A stretch of DNA of 63,323 nucleotides, the filler included, from Craspedostauros australis (lineage: Eukaryota): assembly GCA_030167865.1 (NCBI GenBank). It is 14 parts of 14 records of this genome, joined end to end, with 100 filler letters (N's around TTAATTAATTAA, not from the genome) between each part and the next. Parts side by side here need not be neighbours in the genome. Positions count along the whole stretch, not along the records: positions 10,992 to 28,548 come from JALAGF010002292.1; 13 more parts are not named here. The stretch is one strand, 5' to 3'. Of the stretch, positions 12,502-24,737 are shown one piece after another; position 1 is the first letter of the stretch; each line of letters starts with the position of its first letter. The position numbers were made by a program, and so were the translations under genes. The notes below the pieces were generated by a model. The model worked only from the letters and a program-made list of their open reading frames with translations, was not told where the DNA came from and did not search any database.

Positions 12502-14067
12502 ATGACAGGGCAGAAACAGTTGGGAACGGACGATGTTGGGCAATCAAAACTCCCAAGGCAGTTGATCAAGCCATCACTGGCTTGGTTGACCGTCTTTCTT
12601 CCTGCGCTATGCTATTACATGTCGACGCGGTTGGTCGCGGTAGGCTTGTTTCGATCTTCCAGCATCGGCCAGCTCATACAAGATCGGTTGGACATCCAGA
12701 TCGATTCAAACGACGCTGCCACCGGCAACACCAATGCAATCCACGCAAAATGCAAGGCATTGGAGTCAATATTCTACATTTCGTGTCCGCATCGGGATGC
12801 TCCAGCCTCATCGAAGGACAGCAGCACACGACAGGGTCAAGCATCTTCCGATATCAAAACTGACGACGATGATCGCATTGCTCTGAAACGACCAGTGTAC
12901 ATGGTTCAAGATGGCACATTGGGTGGCCTCGTTGCGACCGCATGGCGTCACGACTCGGAGCTTGGCAGAGGGTACGTGCTGGTGTCCATCTCTGAAGGAT
13001 CTGGTCGGATTTGGAGATGGGAGACGGGTGGTGGACCGATTGCCATTGGACGATCGCTCAGCGTGGATCAATCTGGATGCAGATCGAGTCAGTACAGACA
13101 ATGTGGCGCTGGGTCAAAACTGAGCGGCGTTGTTGGGGATGCTGGCCAAATAGACAGATATGGAAGTGGCGGTATCGCAATTGACAGCTCTCATAGCGAA
13201 GAACACTTCGCGGAAGGGAATTTGATCGTTGCCGAGTGGGGCGAAGGGCGGATCGTCCGAATGGAAGAGAATGGTGCAAGGACGCCATTGGTCATTCAGG
13301 TTCCATCGTTGCGATGTACTCGCGACCCTCCTGACAACGAACATGGGGCTGCGAGTCTTCGGCGTGTCAACCAACCATCGGCGCTACTGTTTACCCCGTT
13401 CGGCGACTTGCTGTTTGTGGATTCGAACTCAACGCCAGCTGAACAGTGCAACGGCGGTCAACAGCATGGGATTTACCGTCTCAAACAGATCTCCAACATT
13501 GAAGGTCTTCCGTCATTGCCGGCGAGTCGGAAAGCGCATGCGTGGACCGACGTCATGCACAACAAAGAGCTGCCGGATATCATCTATCAGACCACCAGCA
13601 TTGGTGGGATGGCACTTGCCAAGTCATGGGCAGATATTCTGGTAACGGCAGAAACCGCAAATGCCGACGGGTCCAAGAGCATCGTCGTGGGTTCGCTTTC
13701 CATTCAAGATGATGAAGACGATGACGATGATGACGCCATCGATGGAAATGGACATGATGGCGGGGCGACGGCAAAGGGTATTGGTGGCACCCTCAAGGTT
13801 TTGCTAGACTTCTCATCTCATGCTGCGAAGCCAGGAGCAGTCGCCATCGATAGCAACAGCAACATCTTCCTCGCTGTGGACCAGGGTGTCCTCATCGCCA
13901 ACGCAAATAACCAGGTCATTGGCATGTTGGCGCTGCCAATCATCCCAGCGTCGTTGACAGTCGGGGAAGACAACTTCCTATACATCGGAACGTCGGATTC
14001 GTTGCTCCGAATCAAAATCCGGCAAGGACCCCTCGTGACGCCAACCAATCTCATCGTGAAAAGGTAG
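12502..14067 (+). CDS. SMP-30/gluconolactonase-like beta-propeller protein with an N-terminal TM anchor
   Basis: TM segment SLAWLTVFLPALCYYM; blade-like motifs GRIWRW, GSGGIAID, LIVAEWGEGRIVR, PSALLFTPFGDLLFVD, PGAVAIDSNSNIFLA, LYIGTSDSLLRI. ATG at 12502. Confidence 0.75.
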   Translation: MTGQKQLGTDDVGQSKLPRQLIKPSLAWLTVFLPALCYYMSTRLVAVGLFRSSSIGQLIQDRLDIQIDSNDAATGNTNAIHAKCKALESIFYISCPHRDAPASSKDSSTRQGQASSDIKTDDDDRIALKRPVYMVQDGTLGGLVATAWRHDSELGRGYVLVSISEGSGRIWRWETGGGPIAIGRSLSVDQSGCRSSQYRQCGAGSKLSGVVGDAGQIDRYGSGGIAIDSSHSEEHFAEGNLIVAEWGEGRIVRMEENGARTPLVIQVPSLRCTRDPPDNEHGAASLRRVNQPSALLFTPFGDLLFVDSNSTPAEQCNGGQQHGIYRLKQISNIEGLPSLPASRKAHAWTDVMHNKELPDIIYQTTSIGGMALAKSWADILVTAETANADGSKSIVVGSLSIQDDEDDDDDDAIDGNGHDGGATAKGIGGTLKVLLDFSSHAAKPGAVAIDSNSNIFLAVDQGVLIANANNQVIGMLALPIIPASLTVGEDNFLYIGTSDSLLRIKIRQGPLVTPTNLIVKR

Positions 14068-14622
14068 GGAATAGAGCGCAACAGTTCTGCTGTCTTAGTA
14101 TCGGAGACTGTTCTGATCGGCTTTTCAGCCCTTTTGTTCCAACATGGGGAGACGTCCCCGCCTTTGATCAAATGAGGCGCGTCGTAGGAGAGCAGGCTTC
14201 TGCTTGTAGCAGCGGAAGGGCGAAAACCGCTTCGCGAAACGCCCGGAAATACTCATGGAACGGTATTGTTCTTGTACCCCAGAGTACGCTGGATTCTCTC
14301 ATGGTCTCGCGAGAGTTGTGTCGCCACGTATTACCACAGGCAATAGTGCTCCGCTCGTGAGCGCAATCGTCTTCTACGGATACTCCACTCACTCGTCTCT
14401 TTGCTGCAAGCAGTAAGAGCAGAATGGCAAGCCGCGCCAGAGTGCATGGCGGTGTATTGCTCGTGCATTGGCTGAAGTACGAGGAGGATAGGTAGTAGCT
14501 GAAGAATGTAGCGGCTCTTTGTGTTCTATTGTTAAAAATCGTTCATCTGGGACGTCCCAGGTGGGAACCAAAACTGCCCTTGTTTCATTGCCGGGCGGTT
14601 GCGAAATTGATTGGCCAATACA

Positions 14623-16311
14623 TTAGTCGGCCGAGAAGCTTACATCGGAGAAGCTCAGGAGAGACTCTGTGTCTGAGCAATTGTTAAAGTCCCATCCCTC
14701 GTTCCACTTCATGGATTCTGAGTGGGCTCGGTCGCAGTTGGCATTGTTGTCGGCATTGCTGCTAGTCTCATCCTTCTTGCCGAAAGGGTTGTGCAGACTC
14801 TGTGTACGTTTGAGCTTCCTCGGTTTGTTCTTGGAACCGTCTTGGGGGATCTTGGCGCAGAGCGCACGAGACGATTGGCTCTTCGTCTTGATGGAGTTGT
14901 CGTGCTGCGATCCTTGGTTCTGCTTGCCGGTCTGCTTGGGTCTGCGTCTGCGTGGGCGGTCCACGTTTGGTGGGTCTGGACGTGACATGGGCATGTGGTC
15001 GCTGTTGGACCGTCGCAAAGCAATCTCCTTGCGTCTGCCGCGTCTCGCACCACGTGTGTTCGAGGATGAAGTCGCGTGCTGTTCGCCATCAGCGCTGTTT
15101 CGGCTGTTGGAAGGTGATGGCATGGACGTCGAGGAATGATTTGACCTTTTCGACGCGCTGTCCCCACGGCGCTTCGAAGGAGACTTAGATCGTGATGATC
15201 GCTCGTTGGGGGATTCACCTTTCAGAGGCACGGACGCGTGTCTGCCCTCGGGGTCGAGGGTTTGCCTTCTGCTGCGTCTCTCGGTGCTGGTCGCCCTGCC
15301 GGCACATCTAGTCCTCGCACGGGATCGCGAGCGAGAGCGGGAGCGTCTGCCTACCTTTGGCTCGGTGTCGGATCTCCTCCGCCCAGATTCGGCGGTTGGG
15401 GTGCGCTTGACGGATGCCGTGCGCCTCTTGGATGGACTTGAGCTGCGCAAGTTGCGCCTTGAGCGTCTCAGCACGCACGGAGACTCGTACTCCTTCCGCG
15501 ATGACGAGTTGAGCGACTCAATCGACGTCGTTCTCTTGGGTTGCGTTGGAGCGCCCGCAGCCGGTCTTCTTCCACGACGAAGAGGACGAGGGAATGTGCT
15601 GCCCGTATCGGCGCCTTGGTTGTCGCCGAGGCTTGATCTTCGAACTGCCTCGCTTTCCGTCGAAGCCGCAGCTGCCGAGCTGGTGCTGGTGGATGAGTTG
15701 ACAGACGCATCTGATCTGAAACGCAGACTCGAGCTGAGTGCGGATCCATCGCTTGCCACGGTCTCGCTTGACGACAGAGAATGTCGCTGGGCACGTGAAG
15801 TTCGGTGGCCGAGATGTCCCAAGCGTCTCGCGGCGTTGATGCTTGGAGGTGACTGCGCGGGAGCTGGAGGAATCGAACTGGGACCAAACCGGGCCGAAGT
15901 TGGTCGCCGCAGCCGTTGTCGTTGCTGCTGCAGTTCCTGCTCTGCTGGGCTGCTTCCTGTTGAGGATCTGCGAACCTCGCGCATCGAGGGCGGTTTTGCC
16001 TTGACGATATCACCGCTCGCAGACACGTAGTACTGGTCGTCCAACGTCGTCGTCTTGGGCTGCGACTGCGACCGCAACTGTGCCAGTGCCTGCCGCTTGT
16101 TGCGTTCGCAGACTGATCGTGGCGATGGTGCTTGATCGTAGTCATACGAGATCTTGCCGAGTGCGCTCGCGTTCAGGCCGATCGTCCGCTCTCCCTTCAG
16201 AGTATCGTTCTCGATTTCCGATAGCACACCGAAAACGGATTTGGATGCTTTCAGATCGCTCATGATAGATCGCTTCGAAGATCGTTGCCTGTCCATGTCT
16301 ACTTTGTTCAT
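14623..16311 (-). CDS. Hypothetical Ser/Arg-rich low-complexity protein (562 aa)
   Basis: Long intact ATG-started ORF with RSRSRS tracts; no recognisable domain. Confidence 0.7.
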   Translation of the reverse strand: MNKVDMDRQRSSKRSIMSDLKASKSVFGVLSEIENDTLKGERTIGLNASALGKISYDYDQAPSPRSVCERNKRQALAQLRSQSQPKTTTLDDQYYVSASGDIVKAKPPSMREVRRSSTGSSPAEQELQQQRQRLRRPTSARFGPSSIPPAPAQSPPSINAARRLGHLGHRTSRAQRHSLSSSETVASDGSALSSSLRFRSDASVNSSTSTSSAAAASTESEAVRRSSLGDNQGADTGSTFPRPLRRGRRPAAGAPTQPKRTTSIESLNSSSRKEYESPCVLRRSRRNLRSSSPSKRRTASVKRTPTAESGRRRSDTEPKVGRRSRSRSRSRARTRCAGRATSTERRSRRQTLDPEGRHASVPLKGESPNERSSRSKSPSKRRGDSASKRSNHSSTSMPSPSNSRNSADGEQHATSSSNTRGARRGRRKEIALRRSNSDHMPMSRPDPPNVDRPRRRRPKQTGKQNQGSQHDNSIKTKSQSSRALCAKIPQDGSKNKPRKLKRTQSLHNPFGKKDETSSNADNNANCDRAHSESMKWNEGWDFNNCSDTESLLSFSDVSFSAD

Positions 16312-17958
16312 CTTCGTTGCTATCTGAATGGGTGTTGCTGCCTTTTTATGACGAGTTGATGGGGAGTGCGTGGTGGTGGTGGTTGTTGGACCAGTGATGA
16401 GGTTTCTGGCTGCGATGCGATCAAGTTGTCCCAGTCGCAGAATTTGTGGGCGTTGGTGGTCGTCGACATTTCGATGAGTTCTCCATCATGAGTGTGAGTA
16501 CGTACCACACAAGTACGAGCACATGTACGACTATGCTTGTGCACGTCTCTCACTCTTTCTCTGTTTGCGCTCTGTCTCGACTTGCGGTTTCGCGCTCTGT
16601 TTGGGTTCAGTGGACGCGATGATCTCGCCAGCGCAGGATTGCAGCTCGTACGACTAGTACTCCTGTGAGCAGCGTCGGTGCAGTTTGGAAATGCGGAAGA
16701 AGCGCGCAGGACGCAGTTGTTCGACGGAGGAAAGTGGTTGATGCATTTTTCTTTCCTTGTGAGGAGGACAATGTCGAAGTTTGTCTTCCCGCGCGTACTG
16801 GACCGGATACGGGAGCTTTTCAGGACCAAAACATCAATTGATCCCATGTGAAGATCTAAATAGCGCCTTTGCGGCAACAGCACAAGATGGACACAATGAC
16901 AACGAATATGTCGCGTTCACTATCTTGGCTCCAATTCACAAGCCTTTGATAATGCCACCTGTACCGTGGGTCATGAAAGCTTCAAGCTTTGTGCTTGGTT
17001 GTGGACATTTCAGTTTGTATCATTGTGATCGGCACCAATCTTGTAGAACCCTGCGCGACCAATCCACGCTCAGTGAAGGAGAGGGAATATCTGCTTCAAC
17101 CTTCACTTTTAACCTCGGTCGCTTCGCGCAACATAGCACAACAAAGCACAACACAACGCAGACGTGAGAGTTGTGACTACGCCGGTTCGCGAGGTTGGCA
17201 CCGCCGTGGAACCTGTGCGAATTCAAGACCACCTCGCGCACTGTTCAGCACAAATGATGTGCATTGAGGAAGAGGCCCGATACGAAATGGGCGAAAGCTG
17301 CGTGTGCCAATACTCGTACTCTCAAGCCGCGATGCAAGTTCGTGTGGCCGCGAACGCACTTTTGACACAACGATTTTGCACCCAGCTCACGCCCAACCCA
17401 CCATGCCCATAGTAGTACCCATGTGATTATGACTCCGTCGCATCGTTCTGTGCATCCTCTTTACGTTTAGACTGTCCAACTACGCACTGTTGCGAATGAC
17501 AAAATATCAAGACAGGGGCCAAGAATCCAAGTAGATTCATTCCACTGACAGCGAAATGCCGGGATTGGATACGACAGATGCGCGACGTTCTGTCTTCACC
17601 CGAGATCGTGGATTTCAGGCAACCACGGAGGATATCTCAATTCCCTCTTCCCCCACCGCGTATCTTCCGCACCAACTCACACAAGTAGTGCATGAATGAG
17701 AGCACCACAAAGATCGCAGAGCCATCAGCTACGATTATGCAGCACAGAGAGCGTTGCATGGGGCGCACTTGTGGCCAGGTTCGTCGGCTCGAGGGTTCGT
17801 TCTTGGAATTCTGGTCTGCCGGGTCAACTGTCAAGCCCGGCAACGCGTCTCTCTTCTGCGCTGCATGCCAACCATCAATAATGTATCCCTAGAGAGTGCG
17901 CTTGTGCTTTGTCACACTCTACAATTATTGAGGGATGCAGCAAAGATCGTGGGTCTAA

Positions 17959-19502
17959 CTACAGTGGCATATCTCGGATCGGCATCCGCGGCGCGTGTGA
18001 GGTGCTCGGCGTTGCCTCGACATTGTGGAAGATGGTGGCAGGAGATCGTCGCGGTTGCAGTTGATGCAGGAGGGAAGGGTCACCCTTGATTGTATCCAGT
18101 ACTGAGACGTTTGCCTCCGAGAACAGGCTCATGACTACTGTATCCGCAGCTTCTTGCCCTCCCTGCATCCCGACATCCCATGACAGCCGCGCCATGCGAT
18201 CACGGATGTTGACGTTGGAGTGAACGACCTCCTCGATGTTGACTGGACTATGCTGCCTTGGCGGAGGTGGTGTCGTCTTGGACTTTCGGCGCTTTTGTTT
18301 GGCCTTCGTGCTGGATCGATACTGATCGTGGAGGCTATCTCGCAGGCTTTGCCCGATTTTCTCTATTGCGGAGACGGGGATATTCGTATTGGCAGGTAGA
18401 CATATTGCAAGTGCATTTGGGTGGAAGAATGGAGCGATAGAGCGATGGATGGGTGCAAGAGATGTCAGGTATTGATCTGCAGTGCAAAACACGATATGCA
18501 GCATATGGTGTTGCGTATTGCAGATGGTAGAGACGCGTCGCGAAGCGCGCGGATACTCATCTGTGCTGTGCGCGATGCTCGTTGTTAACAAGATGCAATA
18601 GGCCAACAGCCGTATGGTGGGAGGGAGCATCAAGTAGCAAGTAGCAAGACCGTGCGTTCCATTTGTCAAATGCAAACCGCTCTCGATGAGCAAAGGTTGC
18701 CGACAAGATCCAGATCTCAACAAAGCAGAGTGGCATATTGCAACGTACCTCTGGCGAAGTGTTCCGTCACTTCCACCCACTGTCCATTCTTCTCTCTCTT
18801 CACGAACATGCCATTGTCGATGTTCTCGGTTGACCCAATGCACCTGTACACTGAGTCTGCGATCTGGGACACGATGACGGTCTTCTGCAATTTTGTCATG
18901 GCCTTCGAGTAGGCCAGCGATGCCGCAGCAATCAACGATCGATAGCGCACGTTGCCGCCATGATTCCACCAGCTCTTCCCGCGAGCGCAAATCACATCAA
19001 CCGAACGAGGTTTGTAGTCTTTCGGCAGCAGTGCTTTGCATGACGGGATGTTCTCTTGCCTATACATCACTTGGTAGTTATGAACAGAGAGGCTTTGCAC
19101 GTGCTTACTCTCGACGTTGCTGTGCATGATCGTATGTGCAACGCCGGTACTCATCATCCCAGCTTCGCCACTGTGCGAGTATTCGCAGCTTTTGTTCAGC
19201 ATGTTGATATCGTCGTCGGCGAGGTTGAGCGTCATGGTGGTACTTCTTGGAGATTGAATCATTATGACTGACTGTCTTCTTCTCTTTGTTGTTGATGTTG
19301 TGTCGCTCACCGTTGACACCAGACAGAGCTGGCTGATGTTGCTGTTACTGTTGCCGTTGCTGTTGTTGCTTGGATTGCTGGTGCTAATGATGCTGATGCG
19401 TTGTTGTTTTTGTTGATGTTGGTTTGATGGGACTAATTTCTGAATTGTGAGATTAGATGGTTGATGTATCGCCCCTGTCATCGCCTTTGTGTGCTGTTGC
19501 AT
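17959..19502 (-). CDS. DUF6824-domain protein; exons 19502-18749 and 18362-17959
   Basis: DVICARGK...HGGNVRYR...K..IV..I...FVK...W.EV. Removing intron 18363-18748 (GTACGT...TAG) restores AREKIGQSLRD. Start codon uncertain. Confidence 0.88.
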
Positions 19503-20570
19503 GGATTGTTTGCAGAACTCGCTGACGCCTGACTAGGTCACAGATGTCGGCCAGAACACCGATGTCGACTGCAACACCAATACACCGAGGTACCGCCGCC
19601 TTAAACAAGGAGAAGATGACGGCAGCACGACGTCAAGGAGGCCCGTTGCACTGGCCTAGCGAACAGGTCTGCCCAAGGAATGTACGTGCAAAGGTGAACG
19701 CCACAGGATAAGCAGGACTTGGACGTCGTCGCATCTGGACAGATGTCGCACCAGACACACTTGTGCATAGAATACCAAGATCTCGCGGCAACCTACCAGT
19801 GTTCAACCAACGAATATCATTCGCAAGGTACTACGGCCTCGGTGGCGCTTCTTGCTCAAGTCGTTTGGTTCCCGACACGTCTTGTTGCTACTTGAATCGG
19901 GTAGCTCGTATCGGATCTCACAGGCGTCATTCCTCTGGAGAAGCCGACTTTCTGTTGGAAGTGGTGCATGGTCCGGCGCAGTGGTGAGCTACCACTCCTT
20001 GCTGTTCGTGTCGATTTGACACGATTGATGAGAATTGCCGTGGTAGCGAAAACCAAAGCCCACACCATCTCGTGGAGACCGTTGCGGTTCGACTTCAACA
20101 TCGCCAGGTAAGAAGGAAACCCAACGAAAGCAGTAGAACACCCAAGATGCACGGTCTTCATAAGTCCCCTAGGCGTGCCAACCCACGTACTACTGAAAAC
20201 GTTGTTCTACTGATACTGGTATTAGGGCCGCCCTTTTCGATGTGAAACAATACCGACAGTTCTGCACACCGTGCTCCCCGCTTCGATCTTCAAGTGTCCA
20301 GGCTTGGTTTGTGGCAGTACCAACTCGTGCGAGTTCTTCTATTTGTGATGTGTTAATGGCATGCGGCGGAGACACGCAGGGAGCAATCAAAGGAGGCCTC
20401 CCCATCCAGAAAGGACCCGTGTTCTTTGTATGCAGGCGCACGCACGAGCACGTAGGAAGTAGGAGAGAGGAAGCGTGCGGGCGACGTTTCCAATAGCGCC
20501 GAGAGTATCATCTGCACGCTGGTGTTGATGAAGGCGCCATCCCATCCCATCCCATCACTTCTCTCTCTCT

Positions 20571-23500
20571 CTAACAGCGGACCGTGTCGCGTCGGCATTG
20601 ATCTTGCTCGCATGGATTCACTATCTGACCAGTACTGATGAATTGCGCGACTTGCCTTTGCATCCGTGAATCCATCTTGAGGCAAAGATGTACGTAGTTG
20701 CTCGTCCGCGCTTCGTCGTCGATGGGAAGAGAATCGTACTGCGTCTCATACAGCATTTCGGTCAGTGTCACGTGAGGTCCATCGTAGGTTTTGTTCGCAG
20801 GCTTGCCTTCAGGAATACCGAACAACTTGCGTGGGTTGTTGGGGAGCGTTCTCGCATCAAATCCTCTCGCCAGAGCCTCGGCTGCTATGGTTGGCACTTC
20901 GACATCTCCGAGTCCTGCTTGCATTAGAACCCTCGGAAACGCTTCGGTTTGCGGTCGTGCCAATGTGCCTGCACCCTCGACCGAGTCCCAGGCCATCTGG
21001 ACAAGACCAAGCAGCAAACGAACATGGCGATTGTTGTAGCTGTTCAGCAACATCAAGGTGTCGTAGTCAGCGAAGTCCAGCGATCTCGTCATGATCAAGG
21101 CAAATGGGGTTCCAGGCACACCGAGTACGCTGCGATCAATGAGCTTGGTGGGACCAGAGAGCGCAGTATATCCTGTACCCGAGTGGGAGTGGAGGTTTGC
21201 AAAGAGAGAACAAGATGGTGTTTGAACAATCCAAGCAATGCATCTGTTAGTACTCGTAGGTGCTCGTATGTCGTAGTGGTATGAAGGGTTGCACATGCTC
21301 GTACTAGCATGCAAGCAGTCGTGATGGAGATGCTAGCAATCGTGATGGCAATGGCGACAGTAATGACGATAGCAATAGTGACTTTGACTCGGCGCGGTAG
21401 TTGCGGCAAGTGCATCCAGGTATCCATGCCAACAGCCAACTGCCAACTGCAAACAGCGATATGCCTGAATGCTGCATGCTGATCAAGGCACGCACCCACC
21501 AGTGAAGATTATACAACAAGCACTTTGATCTCTCTGTTGCACGTACCGGCCCCAAGGATCCCACCCTGCGAGATCCCGTAAAAGACGTAGCTCGGCTCCC
21601 TGCCTTCGAAGGTTGGAATCATGTTGCCGTCAAACTTCATCTCGTCGATGGATAGCAGACCATTTCGCATGAAGTGCTGAAGGGCAAACTTGTTGGCATA
21701 TCCCTGGATGAGATTGTCTCGGACCGCTTGGAACACTCTGGGCTTTCCAATGAGCGTCTTGATGACAATCGGCAAGTCAAAGCTCGACATGCCTCTCCAA
21801 TCCATCGCCGTCACGACGTATCCGTTTTCATTCGCCATGCTGTCAGTACATTCAAGTGAGGCGAGGAGCATGAACAGAGAAGAGCAGCGAGAGTGATCCA
21901 GACAAGTAAGTCTTCGTACGTTGCAGGTGTGCTCAATACATACGAATTGCAGCCGTGCCAACCCAGCAAACAACAATCAGCAAACAAGACGTAGCACCAG
22001 CTGACACCACGCTCAAATACTCGGACGAGACATCATCGCAGAGCGCATCACCGAGCACCGAACAACTTACCTCACCAAGAAGTCGTTCGTGGCCTCAGCG
22101 CGGTTGTAGAAGAGTCCGTGGCCGAATTCCATGATTGCCCTCAGGGGCGTTCCTTCGGATGGCCTCAGCGCCGCCTCTCTCACCGAGCATGGCACGACTG
22201 TGATGAACTTGGCTTTCCCAACCTTTCGAGATGACCACGAGCGATCGACGATGTCCCTCTTGCTAAGCAGATGAGCTGATCTGCTGTGAGGATGCTCAAG
22301 GAACCATGGTACGTTGAGCTCCCCATGGATCGTGCGGGCCGCGACAGTTCCAGCATTTGGCGTGCTGCAAACGCTCGGATTGTCAACGACCTTCACCACC
22401 TTCACGTTGTCTGCCCACTCCCATTTGTAGCTCCCGATCTCTTTCATGGTTTGATCTCTCACAGCCCGGACCATGCCCAGCTGCGATTCTGCGCTGATAG
22501 TTGTAAAGTCAAATGTCAATTGGATAACCTTCGGGTCTGTTTTCATGTCAACCCACGGTGCCGCTGCTTCGAGGGCTGGCCTCAATTTGCTGCGAAAGCG
22601 CTTGCCCGCGAGCCCGCTGCTGTCTGCGAGCAGTTCTTTCATGCCAGATGTTTGCGGCAGGCGCTTGTTGTCCTTGTCGGTGGCATGCACAACGAACAGA
22701 GCATAGTGTGCTGCGTGCTTGAGAGGTGCTGCCGGAAACACCTGCACGATAGGTCGGTCAGGATCGAGGTAATCCATGTCAGCAATGTGCGGTACAAGCT
22801 GCTGCGATTCCACGTCGAGAAGCAACGTGACCGATTCCTCCGTGATGGATTTCTCGATGTCATCAGCATTGGGGAACTCCAGCGTGGCGTTGCTCTCCTT
22901 CCTGGCCACGTGCGCTTCCTTCATTCCGTCCATGTAAAACATCAACGGCCCCATCGTCGAAAAGCCGTCGAGCTCGTTCAGGAAATCGACGTGCATCTTC
23001 CACCCTCCGCGCAAAGGAGGCAGGACATTTTTGCGCAAGTTGACCCTCCAGCCTGTTTCTGATTCTGAATCAGTCTTCATGTGATGAAACGATGGGAATG
23101 GAAGCATGCATTCCGTTTCATCCATGGCATCGCAGTGGTCCAATGTTGGTTGAATTCGGAAAAAGCCCCCCAAGTGAATCGGCCATGGCCCAAAGTGCGA
23201 GACGGCAGAGAGCAGACTCCAGATGTACACCAAAATGGCGACGAGCATGCCGTACAGCAAACACTTCGCCACCCGAGCTCTCCGTTCCAACCATTCCTCA
23301 GGGACGGTGCTCACTAGTCCCTCCATGGCCGTGAGTGCGGACGGACGCGTCGTTTGGCTCAGCGAGAGCAGTGACGGCGATGTGATGGATGAGACATCGG
23401 AGCAGTTGATTGGGAAAGTTTGGAATGTCGGACGCCAGTTGCGATAGTGATGCGGGTACTTCCATTTGAGGTATCTCACAAACAGCGTCATGCCGCCGAC

Positions 23501-24301
23501 GACACATCGCGACGCCACCGCAAGGTATCCAATCCAAATCGCCACTCGAATTCGAACAACCATCGAATGCCATTCTTCGACGATGGTGTCGTCGATATCG
23601 GTGAATAGAGCGCCGATGACGCCCTTCATTATGGAAGGATAGACGATGCCAAGTAATATGATATCGAGCAGTGACGCCAGCGATGAAAATATCCGGCCTT
23701 GGCCAGAGCAGCAGCAAAAGCAACTCCTGAGCTGGCGTTCTCCGTCTTCCTCCATGCGCCTGTTGGTCGCCGTCTTCGTCGTGGAGTCCTGATTGGCACG
23801 CACCAGGTTGCGAGCATTGGCGATGACGACGACCAGGTGCAAGAGGAAGATGAATCCGGCCCACCACCTCCCACCAGTCCAATCAAACACCACCGTGATG
23901 ATGTTGATGGTCAGTGCCGGGATGACCAAGAGGATCGATGTGACGACGGAGAGCAACCAAGGTTCCTCCCATCGGAAGAAGGAATCCTGCAACATCATGT
24001 CCTCCACGAGCCGAGGGATGCGGATCTGCCCTTGCGAGATGTTCGTCTCGTCTTCGTCGTCCAACGAATTGTCGTCGCGGAATCGTGACGACCCCCGTCG
24101 GTCATGTTGCGGGTAGTCGGTCAGTTCCACCTCGTTGGGGGCATCATCGTCCAGGCCCGGCTCGCCGCTTTCGCCATCGATGGAGCCAAGTTCGTCGTCG
24201 AAGGATTCGGCGTAATCTTCCTCCTCTTCTTCGATGTCGTCGTCGTCATCGTCGTCGCTGCTTGTGTTGGCAGCAACTTGGGAGTAGAATCCCAGCGGCA
24301 T
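20571..24301 (-). CDS. Multi-TM membrane-anchored alpha/beta-hydrolase, paralog 1; exons 24301-22071, 21839-21547, 21172-20571
   Basis: Two GT-AG introns give an in-frame protein colinear with 53949-57053. Motifs GHGLF, MDWRGM, GISQG, GLGD, NYVH. Confidence 0.88.
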
Positions 24302-24737
24302 GTCGGTATGGTATTGAGTTGAGTGTCTTTGGTGCGCACAGTTCCACAAGTACGAGCTATGTATCGTCGCACGAATGTGGTGGATGGGCGAGTTGCGGCG
24401 TGTGTGGTGAAATCCTGCTGAGAGTATCTGCGGATGTGTTTTGGTTGATTGGCCACTCGGCTTTTCGTGTTGGTCGTTTCGTTCGTGGAGGAAAGGGAAC
24501 GAAATTGTTCCAAGTCATCTGAAGGAAGACAGGCTATGCATGCTAGAGTGTAGATGACACCACCAGTTATAGTAAGTCAAGAACGGTACAGAGCGAGTAG
24601 AGAGAGAGAGCATCCGTCGTCTACTTTGTTACGACGGGAAAGTTTGCTAAAGTGTGACGAGATGGCTAACCGGAAAAGAAAAAGAAAATAGTCGAGTAGA
24701 GGAAAGCGCATTGCAAGCACAGAAGGCGACTACCATG

